From: a virus | Lineage: Duplodnaviria; Caudoviricetes | Virus record (IMG/VR): IMGVR_UViG_3300048599_000861 | Span: 1-63,568 of that record | Direction: 5' to 3' (one strand) | Length of the DNA: 63,568 nucleotides | In this document: piece by piece, positions 44,627 to 54,282 of the stretch | Position numbering within the stretch: position 1 is the first letter of the stretch | How the letters are laid out: each line of letters begins with the position of its first letter | Position numbers and translations under genes: made by a program | Notes under the pieces: generated by a model | The model's database searches: none | Seen by the model: only the letters and a program-made list of their open reading frames with translations | Told to the model about the DNA's origin: nothing

Positions 44627-46281
44627 GCGAATCCTTCCAGAGCAACGAGGGCGCGCTCGAATACCGGATATTCGGGCCTCCTGGCACGGGGAAGACGACC
44701 TTTCTCTCGCGCCAGATCCAGAACGCCGCCGACCGATTCGGCTCGGAGCGCGTCCTGGTGACGAGCTTTACCAGGGCGGCAGCCGCCGAACTTGTGGGCC
44801 GCGAACTCCCGGTCCCGCGCCAGAACATCGGCACGCTCCACGCGCACTGCTACCGGGCGCTCAACAGCCCCGAGATCGCGGAACTCAAGGTCGACGAGTG
44901 GAACAAGGACCGGCCGCAGTACGCCGTCTCGGGCGGCACCAAGGGGGCGCTCGACGAGTCGAACGTAGACCAGTCGTACGAGAAGCCAGGCGACGAACTC
45001 TTCTCCCACATGCACAGCCTCCGCGCCCGCATGATCCCCCAGGAGATGTGGCCTCCCTCGGTCCAGGCGCTGGCAGCGCAGTGGCGTGCGTGGAAGTCCG
45101 ATAACGGGCTGGTCGACTTCACGGACATGCTGGAGATGGCGCTCGCGGATATCCACGTGGCGCCCGGCGATCCACAGGTCCTGATCGCCGACGAGGCGCA
45201 GGACTTCTCGAAGCTTCAACTCTCGATCATCCGCCAGTGGGGGCGCCACACCGAATACACCCTGGTGGCAGGCGACGAGGACCAATTGCTGTACGGTTGG
45301 TGCGGTTGCACGGTCGATGCGTTTTTGAAACCGCCAGTTCCGGATTCTCAAAAGCGCGTCCTGCAGCAGTCGTTCCGGGTACCGCGGGCGGTCCACGCGC
45401 TGGCGCAGCGGTGGATCGAGACGGTAACCCAGCGGGAACCGAAGGAGTACCTTCCGCGCGACTGCGACGGCGAGGTGCGCGCCCAGCATGAAGGCTCCTG
45501 GCGCAACCCGGAGCCGATCCTGGCCGACGCCGAGAAGTACCTCGCCCAGGGCAAGTCGGTCATGTTCCTGGCCGCCTGCTCCTACATGCTCGACCCGCTG
45601 AAGGCGGCGCTCCGGGCGGCCGGGGTGCCGTTCCACAACCCGTACCGCAAGACGCGCGGTGATTGGAACCCGCTGGCGCGCGGCGAGAAGAGCATGGCCG
45701 GGCGCCTGCTGGCGTTCCTGCGCCCGCGCGAGGAGGTCTGGGGAGTGGACACCGGCGAATGGTCGGGCGAGAACCTGCGGCGCTGGGTCGAGATCGTCAA
45801 GTCGGACGGGCTGCTGGCCCACGGCGCGAAGACACGCATCGCCACCTTGTCGCCCGAGGACCGGGTGGAGATCGACCTCCTGGCGCAGCTATTCGAACCG
45901 GAAGCCGCCGAGCAGATGATCACGGTCATCAGCACGGGGACCGTCGAGGACTGCGTGAAGTGGCTGCTCGACCGCGTGCTCGCGGCGAAGAAGAAGGCGA
46001 CCGAGTACCCGGCGACCGTGCTGACGAAGAAGGGCCCGCGCGCGCTGGTCGAGAAGCCCCAGATCATCCTGGGAACCATCCACAGCGTGAAGGGCGGGCA
46101 GGCTGACGTGGTCTACCTGATGCCCGACCTGAGCCGCGCCGGCATGGTCGAGTGGTCGGCCCCCGGCGAGCGCCGCGACGGGGTGGTGCGCCAGTTCTAC
46201 GTCGGCATGACCCGCGCCCGCGAGTCGCTGATCCTGTGCAGGCCGGCGTCGGTGTGGCACGTACCAATGGGGGTTCAGTGA
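44623..46281 (+). CDS. UvrD/Rep superfamily 1 helicase
   Basis: GPPGTGKT; DEAQD; GDEDQ; QSFR; TIHSVKG; FYVGMTRAR. Confidence 0.93.
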   Translation: MSESFQSNEGALEYRIFGPPGTGKTTFLSRQIQNAADRFGSERVLVTSFTRAAAAELVGRELPVPRQNIGTLHAHCYRALNSPEIAELKVDEWNKDRPQYAVSGGTKGALDESNVDQSYEKPGDELFSHMHSLRARMIPQEMWPPSVQALAAQWRAWKSDNGLVDFTDMLEMALADIHVAPGDPQVLIADEAQDFSKLQLSIIRQWGRHTEYTLVAGDEDQLLYGWCGCTVDAFLKPPVPDSQKRVLQQSFRVPRAVHALAQRWIETVTQREPKEYLPRDCDGEVRAQHEGSWRNPEPILADAEKYLAQGKSVMFLAACSYMLDPLKAALRAAGVPFHNPYRKTRGDWNPLARGEKSMAGRLLAFLRPREEVWGVDTGEWSGENLRRWVEIVKSDGLLAHGAKTRIATLSPEDRVEIDLLAQLFEPEAAEQMITVISTGTVEDCVKWLLDRVLAAKKKATEYPATVLTKKGPRALVEKPQIILGTIHSVKGGQADVVYLMPDLSRAGMVEWSAPGERRDGVVRQFYVGMTRARESLILCRPASVWHVPMGVQ

Positions 46282-47126
46282 TCGTAGCCCGCGTGTTCCC
46301 GAGACGAACATCCTGCACGCCAACCGATCATCTCGCATTCGTCGGGTCACCCGGGCTGTTTGCTCCGCGCGGTATCGACGAAGTCCACATCAGTGTGACA
46401 TTTTCCTGGGATCTACCAGAAGCGGAACGCCTGGCAGTGGAGTGGTCCGATGTAGCGCCCGTACGAATCGGGGGGCCGGCCACGGGCATGCGTGGCGAAG
46501 CGTTCACTCCGGGGCAATATTTGAAGCCAGGTTGCACAATCACATCGCGCGGTTGCCCCAACCGCTGTTGGTTCTGTTCCGTTCCTAAGCGCGATGGCAA
46601 TATTCGCGAACTCCCGATCACGGAAGGGTGGAACGTTTTTGATGACAACCTGCTGGCCTGCAGCGAGCGCCACATCCTGTCGGTGGTCGATATGCTGCGC
46701 CAGCAGAAACGCAGACCAGAGTTCACCGGGGGCCTGGAGGCCGCGCGGTTAACACCGGCGCTGGCTGAGATATTGCGGTGGGCGCGGCCGAAGCAACTAT
46801 TCTTTGCTTACGACACGCCAGACGATTGGGAACCGCTAGTGCGCGGCGCCGCGATGTGTTGGCAGGCAGGATTTACTAAGGCATCGCATTGCCTGCGCGC
46901 TTACGTGCTCTGTGGATGGCCCAAAGACACGATGGCCGCTGCCGATGCGCGAATGCGTCAGGTTCTGTCGCTGGGGGTGATGCCCATGGCGATGCTGTGG
47001 CGTGATCAGAGGGGACTGAAAAATCCCGCTTGGCGGCACTTTCAAAACATCTGGGCGCGACCCCAAATCGTGGCGAGCGCGCTCGCAGGTGTGGTTGCAA
47101 CTCAATCCAAGGAGAACAAGTCATGA
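46278..47126 (+). CDS. Radical SAM protein (copy 1)
   Basis: TSRGCPNRCWFC (CxxxCxxC); DDNLLA; GGLEA. Confidence 0.85.
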   Translation: MIVARVFPRRTSCTPTDHLAFVGSPGLFAPRGIDEVHISVTFSWDLPEAERLAVEWSDVAPVRIGGPATGMRGEAFTPGQYLKPGCTITSRGCPNRCWFCSVPKRDGNIRELPITEGWNVFDDNLLACSERHILSVVDMLRQQKRRPEFTGGLEAARLTPALAEILRWARPKQLFFAYDTPDDWEPLVRGAAMCWQAGFTKASHCLRAYVLCGWPKDTMAAADARMRQVLSLGVMPMAMLWRDQRGLKNPAWRHFQNIWARPQIVASALAGVVATQSKENKS

Positions 47127-47380
47127 ATCCAACACCGCCATGCGCGGTCTGCGGCAACCCCGTCGAGATGGAAATCGCCCAGGGCGTGCGCTTCTCGACC
47201 GGGCCGAACAGCACGGTCGTCGTATTTGAGCACCCCAAGATCGTCAACTGCCCGACGTGCGGAGCGGCCCTGCACCTCGCCGTCACGGGCATTCAGGGAA
47301 ACCAGATGAAGACGGTCCAGGTCCCCCAGGCGAGCCACCCGCTGGTGGTCATCCCGAAGGGGCGGGTACAGGTGGGCTGA
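47123..47380 (+). CDS. Zn-ribbon hypothetical protein
   Basis: CAVC...CPTC; AAGGAG RBS. Confidence 0.65.
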   Translation: MNPTPPCAVCGNPVEMEIAQGVRFSTGPNSTVVVFEHPKIVNCPTCGAALHLAVTGIQGNQMKTVQVPQASHPLVVIPKGRVQVG

Positions 47381-47664
47381 TGGCCGAGGCACTGGAAAAG
47401 ACCATCGTAGAGACCATCGTCAAGCACCTGCGGACGGTGCCAGGGTGCATTGTCCGCAAGCGCCATGGGACGGCGTTCGGCGTGGCGGGCGACCCGGACC
47501 TCTACGGGACCTTGAACGGCCGCCACTTCGAACTCGAGGTCAAGCGGCCCGGAAACCCGCCCACGGCTCTGCAGGAGAAGCGGATGGAGGAGTGGCGCGT
47601 GGCCGGCGCGATTGTGGGCGTTGTCCACAGCCTGCAGGAGGCGCGCGAGGTGATGGGGGTATAG
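47380..47664 (+). CDS. VRR-NUC domain nuclease
   Basis: AGDPDL..ELEVKRPG..TALQ (PD-(D/E)xK). Confidence 0.88.
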   Translation: MAEALEKTIVETIVKHLRTVPGCIVRKRHGTAFGVAGDPDLYGTLNGRHFELEVKRPGNPPTALQEKRMEEWRVAGAIVGVVHSLQEAREVMGV

Positions 47665-47896
47665 ATGCTGGATACGCTTAACAAGCCGGAACCGGCGCCG
47701 GTCCACAACGACTCGCGCCCGATCTGGGGAACTCGTAATCGAGGACATGCAGGCGCGCGACCATGCTGGCCGCCAGAAGTACGGCATGCCGCTGCAGGCG
47801 CACAACGGGCGCGACCCGCTGGTGGATCTCTACCAGGAACTGCTCGACGCGGTTGTCTATCTGCGCCAAGCGATCGAGGAGCGGCGCTCCCAATGA
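47665..47896 (+). pseudogene. Frameshifted MazG-like/dNTP pyrophosphohydrolase-like gene
   Basis: Removing one G from GGGG (47726-47729) gives ...RPIWELVIEDMQARDHAGRQKYGMPLQAHNGRDPLVDLYQELLDAVVYLRQAIEERRSQ*, ending in ATGA overlap with the next gene. Confidence 0.75.
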
Positions 47897-48444
47897 TTGC
47901 TACCAAGGGCGAGTTCAATGCGCTGTCACGCGCGGGCCGGCTCGGTAACTACCTGCGCTCCTGGGACACGCCGGCGGCGGTGGAAGCCTCGGGGTACCGG
48001 GGCTTCCTGACCATCCGGTCGCGGACACCGTCCAGCCGTTGGTTTGTGGCTGAGGTCCACTACCTGGACCTGGAGCGCGTCCTGGGCAAGATCGCGCGCT
48101 GCGGCGGGCCTGATGCCTCGGCGTTCTATTTCCAGGAAGTGCCCGCCCCCGGAACGCGCCGCATCGCCAACTTGGAGGCGATGCTCACCGAGCGCGGCGT
48201 GTTCCTGTATTTCGAACGGGACACCATGAACCCCGTGCGAGGTATACGGGAGCGCGGGTCCTGTGTCGACGGTGGCCTCCGTGCGCAGGCCGTACTGCGG
48301 TCCCTGCTCTCGCCCGGTAGCTACGACACGCTCCAGGAGATCTGGAGCGAACACCCCACATCGATCATCGAGGCAACCGAGTGGGCCGCGCCCTGCGGTG
48401 CCTTTCATCAACCGCTCACTGTTTGGGAGGTACGCGATTTCTAA
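47893..48444 (+). CDS. Hypothetical protein
   Basis: ATGA coupling with GAGGAG RBS; MIATKGEFNAL...; real start lies inside track ORF 47665..48444. Confidence 0.65.
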   Translation: MIATKGEFNALSRAGRLGNYLRSWDTPAAVEASGYRGFLTIRSRTPSSRWFVAEVHYLDLERVLGKIARCGGPDASAFYFQEVPAPGTRRIANLEAMLTERGVFLYFERDTMNPVRGIRERGSCVDGGLRAQAVLRSLLSPGSYDTLQEIWSEHPTSIIEATEWAAPCGAFHQPLTVWEVRDF

Positions 48445-48445
48445 C

Positions 48446-48781
48446 ATGACAATCGAAGATCGCATTCGTAAGGCATGGTCGCTGGAATCCACGAAAGACT
48501 GGCGACCGGACAATCCGGCTTGGGGCCAGTGCGCCGTCACTGCCCTGGTCGTTCAGGACGAACTCGGCGGGACACTCCTGCGCGGCGAAGTGGCTGGCAT
48601 CGGAAGCCACTACTGGAATCGCCTTCCCGATGGCGGCGAACTGGACCTGACGCGAGAACAGTTCGCGCCGTCTGTTCAGATCACAAACCCCCAGGAGCGA
48701 AGCCGAGAATACGTCCTTTCGTTTCCGGATACCGCGAAGCGGTACGCCGTCCTGCGTCGGAGGTTCGAGGGGCAGGAGTGA
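48446..48781 (+). CDS. YunG-family protein
   Basis: W.PDNPAWGQCAVTALVVQD.LGG..HYWN..DLTREQF. Confidence 0.75.
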   Translation: MTIEDRIRKAWSLESTKDWRPDNPAWGQCAVTALVVQDELGGTLLRGEVAGIGSHYWNRLPDGGELDLTREQFAPSVQITNPQERSREYVLSFPDTAKRYAVLRRRFEGQE

Positions 48782-49260
48782 TCTGGCGCATATCATATCG
48801 CTGCGATCCGGCAGCTAGGGACATTGCAGACCGCCACTACAATCGGCAGCATATCGGTGCGCCCGGTTTCGTCCCGCCCGGACGTTGCCTTGTCCTATTG
48901 ACCAGCGGTGCGCTGTGGGTGTCCTCGTGGCCGTTTGCGGAATATGTCAAGCACGAATGGGCTGGCGCCTGGATCAACTCATGCTTCAGGCGCGAATCCG
49001 GACCGGTCGCGAGTGAGATGATCCGTCAGGCTGTGGCTGCCACGGTCTGGTATTGGGGCGTGCCTCCGGACCTCGGATTCGTGACCTTCGTTGATCGGGC
49101 GAAGGTCCGGAACAAGCGCGACTTTGGTCGCTGCTACCGACGCGCTGGCTTTCGCGTTTGCGGCGAAACCAAAGGCGGCCTGCTCGCGCTGCAACTCGCG
49201 CCCTCCGATATGCCACAACCGGAAGCACCGCTCGGCGCGCAGGAAAGGCTTATAGCATGA
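48778..49260 (+). CDS. Putative Mom-like GNAT-fold DNA modification protein
   Basis: ADRHYNRQ..PPG; SCFR.E..ASEMI; VTFVD..GRCYRRAGF..G. Confidence 0.5.
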   Translation: MIWRISYRCDPAARDIADRHYNRQHIGAPGFVPPGRCLVLLTSGALWVSSWPFAEYVKHEWAGAWINSCFRRESGPVASEMIRQAVAATVWYWGVPPDLGFVTFVDRAKVRNKRDFGRCYRRAGFRVCGETKGGLLALQLAPSDMPQPEAPLGAQERLIA

Positions 49261-49634
49261 CTCCCGACGAGATCCGCATCGCACAGGCGCTGGCCCGGTG
49301 CTCTTTCGCGCCGGGAACCAGCGCCAAGCGTTTCGTGCGCCAGATGGAGGCGCGCGCCGCAAACTCTCCCGCGCCCCCGTTATCTGACCGCCAGCGCGCG
49401 TACCTCTGGGCGGTCGCGTGGTCTTGGCGGCGGCAGCTACCCCGCCGGCTTGTGGATCTGGCAGGCGAGTATAGCGGGGGCGTCGGAATTCGAGGGCGGC
49501 AGGTACTGGAGGAGCGGCTGCGCGCACAAGTGGCCACCGTTACGCAACAGCGGGCGCGTGTTGCGCCGGCGCGGGAGGAGCCTCTGGTTCTACCCACCCC
49601 GCCCGACGACCGCCAGGGGGCCCTGTTTACCTAA
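49257..49634 (+). CDS. Hypothetical protein
   Basis: ATGA coupling; CSFAPGTSAKRF..LSDRQRAYL. Confidence 0.6.
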   Translation: MTPDEIRIAQALARCSFAPGTSAKRFVRQMEARAANSPAPPLSDRQRAYLWAVAWSWRRQLPRRLVDLAGEYSGGVGIRGRQVLEERLRAQVATVTQQRARVAPAREEPLVLPTPPDDRQGALFT

Positions 49635-49826
49635 CCCCGAGCCAAAGTGCATCGACTGCGGCACCATGCTTCGGCAGATCGACGACCGCCCAGGCAAGGA
49701 GGCGTGGATCTGCCCGGTTGCGCTCGAGGCGCAACGGCGCGGGCTCCTGGGCCAGCCCGGGCGGAAGCACAAGGCGGTGTGGGTCTACGAGCGCAAGCGG
49801 GTGGTTACGGGGGAGGGCGGCGCGCG

Positions 49827-51350
49827 GTGAGCGACTTCTCAATCCTGCAGGGCGATGTGCTGGAAGTCTTGCGCTCGATGCCGAGCGAGTCGGTCCACTG
49901 CTGTGTGACCAGCCCGCCGTACTTCGGGTTGCGCGATTACGGAACGGCACGGTGGGAAGGAGGAGACCCGAAGTGCGCGCACCGCCGCTGCAACGTGCGG
50001 CCAGGAAATTCCGGCCGAACGATCACCGGAAAGGGACTCCAGGCTTCCCTGGTCTCGAGCGCGACGCCGTTCCGCGACACGTGCCGGATATGCGGAGCAG
50101 TGCGCGTGGACCCACAGGTTGGTCTTGAGCGCACGCCCGGCGAGTACATCGAGCGCCTGGTCGCTATCTTCCGGGAGGTTCGTAGAGTCCTGCGGAGCGA
50201 CGGTACGCTGTGGCTGAACCTTGGCGATTCCTACACGACGAACGGCGGGCACGCGGACAGCGGAGTTGCTGCGCGGAGGTCCAAGATCGCCGCCGGCGAG
50301 CGACCTGAATACGCGATGCGGGAATTTCGATGCCGGCCAGTCGACGGACTGAAGCCCAAGGACCTGATGATGATTCCGGCCCGCGTCGCGATCGCGCTCC
50401 AGGACGACGGCTGGTACCTGCGCTCAGACATCATTTGGGCGAAACCCAATCCGATGCCGGAGAGCGTCACGGACCGGCCCACCAAGGCGCACGAGTACCT
50501 GTTCCTGCTCGCCAAGAGCGAGCGCTACTACTACGACCGCGAGGCGGTCCTGGAGCCGCTGGTAAGCACGGAGAAGGACGTCGCGCGCATCAAGATCCTG
50601 GGGCGCGGCGAGCAGGACTCCTCCCGCGCCTTCCCCGGCGCGCCACAGCGCGACAAGTCGGGCGGGTTCCCACCGTCGTACCGGGGCAGTTCGTTCCAGA
50701 CCGGGAAGACGGGCGCGAGCTGGAGCAATATCGGCCAGGGACCGCGGTACGAGCACGCCGGCCGTAACCGGCGCTCGGTCTGGACGGTCGCGACCGAGCC
50801 TTTCCCCGGGGCACACTTCGCCACGTTCCCGACCGCGCTGGTCGAGCCGTGCATCCTCGCCGGCACGTCCGAAGCCGGCTGCTGCCCGGACTGCGGCCAG
50901 CCATGGGAGCGGGTCGTCCTCCGGAAGCCGATGCGGATCGAGCGGTCCGGCCGCGGCCAGGCGCTCGGCGAGTTCGGCAGGACCGCCGCGAGCGGGACCA
51001 CGGTGGAGGCTCCGTCCTCGACCACGAGTGGTTGGCGCCCGCCGTGCCGTTGCTACGACGACCGCTACCGCACGGAGTTCCCCGCGCCGCGCCGCGCCAG
51101 GAAGCGCGCACAGCGGGCGGCGTGGCCCGACCGGTGGCGTCGCCTGCGGCTCCGGCCCGGCAAGGACTCCTGGCCGGCGGTGCCGTGCACGGTCCTCGAT
51201 ACGTTCTGTGGATCGGGCACGACCGGGCTGGTAGCGACCCGCAACGGCCGAAATTTCCGCGGCATCGAACTCAACCCCAATTACTGCGAAATGTCCCGGA
51301 GGCGCATCACGTCCGACGCGCCGCTGCTCAACGTGGAGGTACCCGCTTAA
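49827..51350 (+). CDS. DNA methyltransferase, N4-cytosine/N6-adenine family, with Cys-rich insertions
   Basis: VTSPPY; WLNLGDSY; IIWAKPNPMPESVTDRPT; HFATFP; LDTFCGSGTT. Confidence 0.92.
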   Translation: MSDFSILQGDVLEVLRSMPSESVHCCVTSPPYFGLRDYGTARWEGGDPKCAHRRCNVRPGNSGRTITGKGLQASLVSSATPFRDTCRICGAVRVDPQVGLERTPGEYIERLVAIFREVRRVLRSDGTLWLNLGDSYTTNGGHADSGVAARRSKIAAGERPEYAMREFRCRPVDGLKPKDLMMIPARVAIALQDDGWYLRSDIIWAKPNPMPESVTDRPTKAHEYLFLLAKSERYYYDREAVLEPLVSTEKDVARIKILGRGEQDSSRAFPGAPQRDKSGGFPPSYRGSSFQTGKTGASWSNIGQGPRYEHAGRNRRSVWTVATEPFPGAHFATFPTALVEPCILAGTSEAGCCPDCGQPWERVVLRKPMRIERSGRGQALGEFGRTAASGTTVEAPSSTTSGWRPPCRCYDDRYRTEFPAPRRARKRAQRAAWPDRWRRLRLRPGKDSWPAVPCTVLDTFCGSGTTGLVATRNGRNFRGIELNPNYCEMSRRRITSDAPLLNVEVPA

Positions 51351-51673
51351 TGCCGTATTCACTCGACGACCTGCGAAAGGCCAGGCAACCGAAGCCAGCC
51401 GAAAACGATCTGCTCGCGCGAATTCCGCCAGATGCGCCGCACGATACCGACGAGGCCCTCGGGTGCTGGAACGGCGAGCGATTCGTTTCCTGGAAGGAGT
51501 GGATCCTCTCGCGCCCAATCGAGGCATTTATCGATAGAAATAGGGTTGAGAATTCTTGCGAGTCGGCCCACCGCGAAGGCGGGTCAGCTACCAAATCCCA
51601 CCGCAAGCACGAGATGCAAAATTCTGGCATTTGTACGCAAAAATCTCTGGCTATTTGCGTACAAATGCACTAG
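51350..51673 (+). CDS. Hypothetical protein
   Basis: TAATG coupling, GGAGG RBS; 3' end runs through operator 4. Confidence 0.5.
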   Translation: MPYSLDDLRKARQPKPAENDLLARIPPDAPHDTDEALGCWNGERFVSWKEWILSRPIEAFIDRNRVENSCESAHREGGSATKSHRKHEMQNSGICTQKSLAICVQMH

Positions 51674-51676
51674 CGT
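51632..51676 (+). promoter_or_regulatory. Operator copy 4 plus -10-like TAGCGT
   Basis: TGTACGCAA 51632-51640, N14, TTGCGTACA 51655-51663, TAGCGT 51671-51676. Confidence 0.75.
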
Positions 51677-51871
51677 AGACAGTACGAAAGGACATGAGAA
51701 TCGGATGCGGAAATCGAAACGCAGAAGCGACGGGCCCGCTACCACGGACGCTTCACTCGTGTGCCTGCGCGCTAACTAACTAACTAGCCCAACTCAACAA
51801 GGAGACAAGCCAAGCATGTCGTGCCATGCCAGAACTCGAAGTGTGTCCGAAGGGAGCGCCCGGTAGAAACC

Positions 51872-52807
51872 ATGGGCAAGGACACCAAAATCTCCTGGTG
51901 CGACTCCACCGTAAACCCGGTCGTTGGGTGTGACGGATGCGAGTTGCACCGCGCGGGCGACGAACACAGCATCTGCTACGCCGCCTCCCTGGTCGGCCGC
52001 TACTCAGGACACCGCGGTTGGCCAGCCTCATTCGATAGACCAGAATTCTTCGCTGGCCGCATTGAGCAAGCCTGCCGCTGGCCCAATCTCACCGGACAGG
52101 ACCGCCCGGAGAAACCGTGGCTGAACGGCTACCCTCGGACGATCTTTCTCGGCGACCTCGCCGACATCTTCAGCGAGTCCCTCTTGCCCGACTGGCTCGC
52201 GCCCTTCCTCCCAATGATGCAGCGGGCACCGCATATCTGGATCATCTGCACCAAGCGGCCCGCTGCGGCGCGGCGTTTCTTCGAAACCTGGGGATGCCCG
52301 CCGAACTTCTGGGTACTCACCACGGTGACGAGCGCCGCCACCCTCAACCGCGTCGAGGAACTCCTGCGGATCACCAACGCTCCAGTCCTCGGCGTCAGCT
52401 ACGAGCCAGCACTTGGGCCGATCGCGCACGCCATTGCGCCGTACCTCGCCTTCGACGGATGCGGTCGCTATCTCGACTGGCTGATCTGCGGCGGTGCTTC
52501 CGGTCCAAAAGCGCCTCCGATGCCTTCGCATTGGGCCTTCGATCTCCGCGACCAGTGCGAGGCCACGCACACGCCCTTCTTCTTCAAGCAGTATTCCGAG
52601 TGGATCGATTGCGGCTGCGAGGCATTCGGAAAAGCCCACTACGGGACGCCGCGCCACATCCGCTCGGACGGGACCTTCTGGCCGGTTGGCGAGGTTCCGG
52701 GCGACGAGGACGCCGACGTACTGACGGTTGTCCCTGCAGGGGTGAAGACGGCAGGCGCGAACCTCGGCGGGCGTGAGTGGCGCCAGATGCCGGAGGTGCG
52801 CCGATGA
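51872..52807 (+). CDS. DUF5131 (phage Gp37/Gp68) family protein
   Basis: TKISWCDSTVNPVVGC..CYA; TKRP; SYEPALG; DWLICGGASG; PFFFKQ; GREWRQMP. Confidence 0.9.
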   Translation: MGKDTKISWCDSTVNPVVGCDGCELHRAGDEHSICYAASLVGRYSGHRGWPASFDRPEFFAGRIEQACRWPNLTGQDRPEKPWLNGYPRTIFLGDLADIFSESLLPDWLAPFLPMMQRAPHIWIICTKRPAAARRFFETWGCPPNFWVLTTVTSAATLNRVEELLRITNAPVLGVSYEPALGPIAHAIAPYLAFDGCGRYLDWLICGGASGPKAPPMPSHWAFDLRDQCEATHTPFFFKQYSEWIDCGCEAFGKAHYGTPRHIRSDGTFWPVGEVPGDEDADVLTVVPAGVKTAGANLGGREWRQMPEVRR

Positions 52808-53007
52808 ATGCCAGCACGGTTCTTCGGGAAGCCTGCACCGAGATGCGGCAATGCCACGAGCGGATCGACAGCCTTCTCGCGGCAAATCCAGAAGCGGTCG
52901 ATCAGGGCCTCGCGGCGGAATGGCGCAAGCAGGCGGCCGAATCTACACGGGCACTTGAGGCCGCGACAGCGCGCGTCCTGGGCCGGATTGCGGGGCAGGA
53001 ATGCTGA
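52804..53007 (+). CDS. Hypothetical protein
   Basis: ATGA coupling, GGAGG RBS. Confidence 0.55.
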   Translation: MNASTVLREACTEMRQCHERIDSLLAANPEAVDQGLAAEWRKQAAESTRALEAATARVLGRIAGQEC

Positions 53008-53303
53008 GCATGGACCTCACAGACCAGAGCATCCAGACTCGCTTCGAAGCATTCCACGCCAACCACCCGGAAGTCTACAGGGCCATCGTGAAACTGGCCT
53101 TCGATCTCAAGACGCGGGGATTCCGGCGCTACGGTCTGAAGTCGCTCTTCGAACGCGTGCGCTGGCACTTCCAGATCGATCTCGACCTCGGCGAGGAGTG
53201 GAAGCTCAACAACAACTACACCAGCCGGTACGCCCGGAAGCTGATGGCCGAGTTCCCGGAACTGGAGGGCTTCTTCGAAGTCCGGGAGTTGAAGGCCGCA
53301 TGA
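53001..53303 (+). CDS. Conserved phage hypothetical protein
   Basis: FEAFHANHPEVY..ERVRW..KLNNNYTSRYAR..GFFEVR. Confidence 0.75.
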   Translation: MLSMDLTDQSIQTRFEAFHANHPEVYRAIVKLAFDLKTRGFRRYGLKSLFERVRWHFQIDLDLGEEWKLNNNYTSRYARKLMAEFPELEGFFEVRELKAA

Positions 53304-53869
53304 CATCCCAGGACCTCGTAATCGAGAACCTCCCGCTCGCCGCCAAGATCGCGAACGGGATCTCGCGGCGGCTGCCGCGCCACATTGATCCGCAGGACCT
53401 GCGCCAGGAGGCCAGCCTGGGCCTTCTACGCGCTGCGGCCCGGTACGACGGAGCCGGGAACGTTCAGTTCGGCGCGTACGCGCGCCGGCGCATTTCGGGG
53501 GCAGTCCTCGACAGCCCGCGCGAGGACGATCACCTTTCGCGCCGAACCAGGCGGCACATGAAAGCAGAGGGTGCCGACGACTATTCCTTCCCGCTGCAGA
53601 TGACCGCGCCCGACGCGCTTCCGGGAAACGCGCCCGCGCCAGACCAGTGCGCCGCGGAGGCCGAACGGCGCCGCCTGCTCGACGCCGGGATAGCTACACT
53701 GCCCGCGCGCCTGCAGAGTGTGGTGCGCGCCTACTACGACGGCGAGCAGACGATGCGCGAGATCAGTCACACGCTCGGCGTCAACCAGGGCCGGGTATCC
53801 CAGTTACACGCTCGCGCTATTGGGATGCTGCGAACGCACTTCCAGGTCCAGGGGGTAAGCGAACTGTGA
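53300..53869 (+). CDS. Sigma-70 family (FliA/WhiG-like) RNA polymerase sigma factor
   Basis: Region 2 DLRQEASLGLLRAAARYD..FGAYARRRISGAVLD; region 4 TMREISHTLGVNQGRVSQLHARAI. Confidence 0.85.
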   Translation: MTSQDLVIENLPLAAKIANGISRRLPRHIDPQDLRQEASLGLLRAAARYDGAGNVQFGAYARRRISGAVLDSPREDDHLSRRTRRHMKAEGADDYSFPLQMTAPDALPGNAPAPDQCAAEAERRRLLDAGIATLPARLQSVVRAYYDGEQTMREISHTLGVNQGRVSQLHARAIGMLRTHFQVQGVSEL

Positions 53870-54282
53870 TGCCGAACCTGGATTACCACAGCATCACCGC
53901 ACTCGTATGCCCGCGCTGCGGGGTGGAAAGCAAGGGCCCGCACCAGAATTGGGCCGCATGCGTTGACGCCCTCCGCAGCGTGATCGGGGACATGCAGATC
54001 AAGATCGACGGGCTGGAAGAGAAGCTTGCGCGGTCCAAGTCGAACGCGTCCGAACCAGCGAATCCGGCGCGCCGCGAACCGAAGGACGCCAGGTTCCACC
54101 AGATCGTGGTCCTCGACGGCGAGGTCCTGCGGTTGGACGTGGCGGCAGTTCGCCTGGGCCTCACGCCGATGGCGCTGTATTTCCGGATTCGCAAGCGCAT
54201 CGGAAAGTTCACCGACCAGGTAGACATCAGGGCCATCGGCGCGGACGTCAGCCAGCGCCCCTGGCTTACGGCGCGGTCATGA
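53869..54282 (+). CDS. Hypothetical protein with Zn knuckle and C-terminal HTH-like segment
   Basis: CPRC...H....C; AAVRLGLTPMALYFRI. Confidence 0.6.
   Translation: MPNLDYHSITALVCPRCGVESKGPHQNWAACVDALRSVIGDMQIKIDGLEEKLARSKSNASEPANPARREPKDARFHQIVVLDGEVLRLDVAAVRLGLTPMALYFRIRKRIGKFTDQVDIRAIGADVSQRPWLTARS

Noticed and set aside
47665-48444. Single 259-aa protein as given in the ORF track
   Set aside because: Artefact of a frameshift; better explained as a broken 76-aa gene plus a separate gene starting at 47893
49626-49830. Small Cys-containing ORF (LPNPEPKCIDCG...) before the MTase
   Set aside because: Plausible gene, but no clear start codon at the expected position; not called
51690-51735. 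Second hammerhead-like stretch (CATGAG...CGAAACGC-AGAA-GCGAC)
   Set aside because: Lacks the CUGANGA core and the A15.1-U16.1 pair; no convincing stem I
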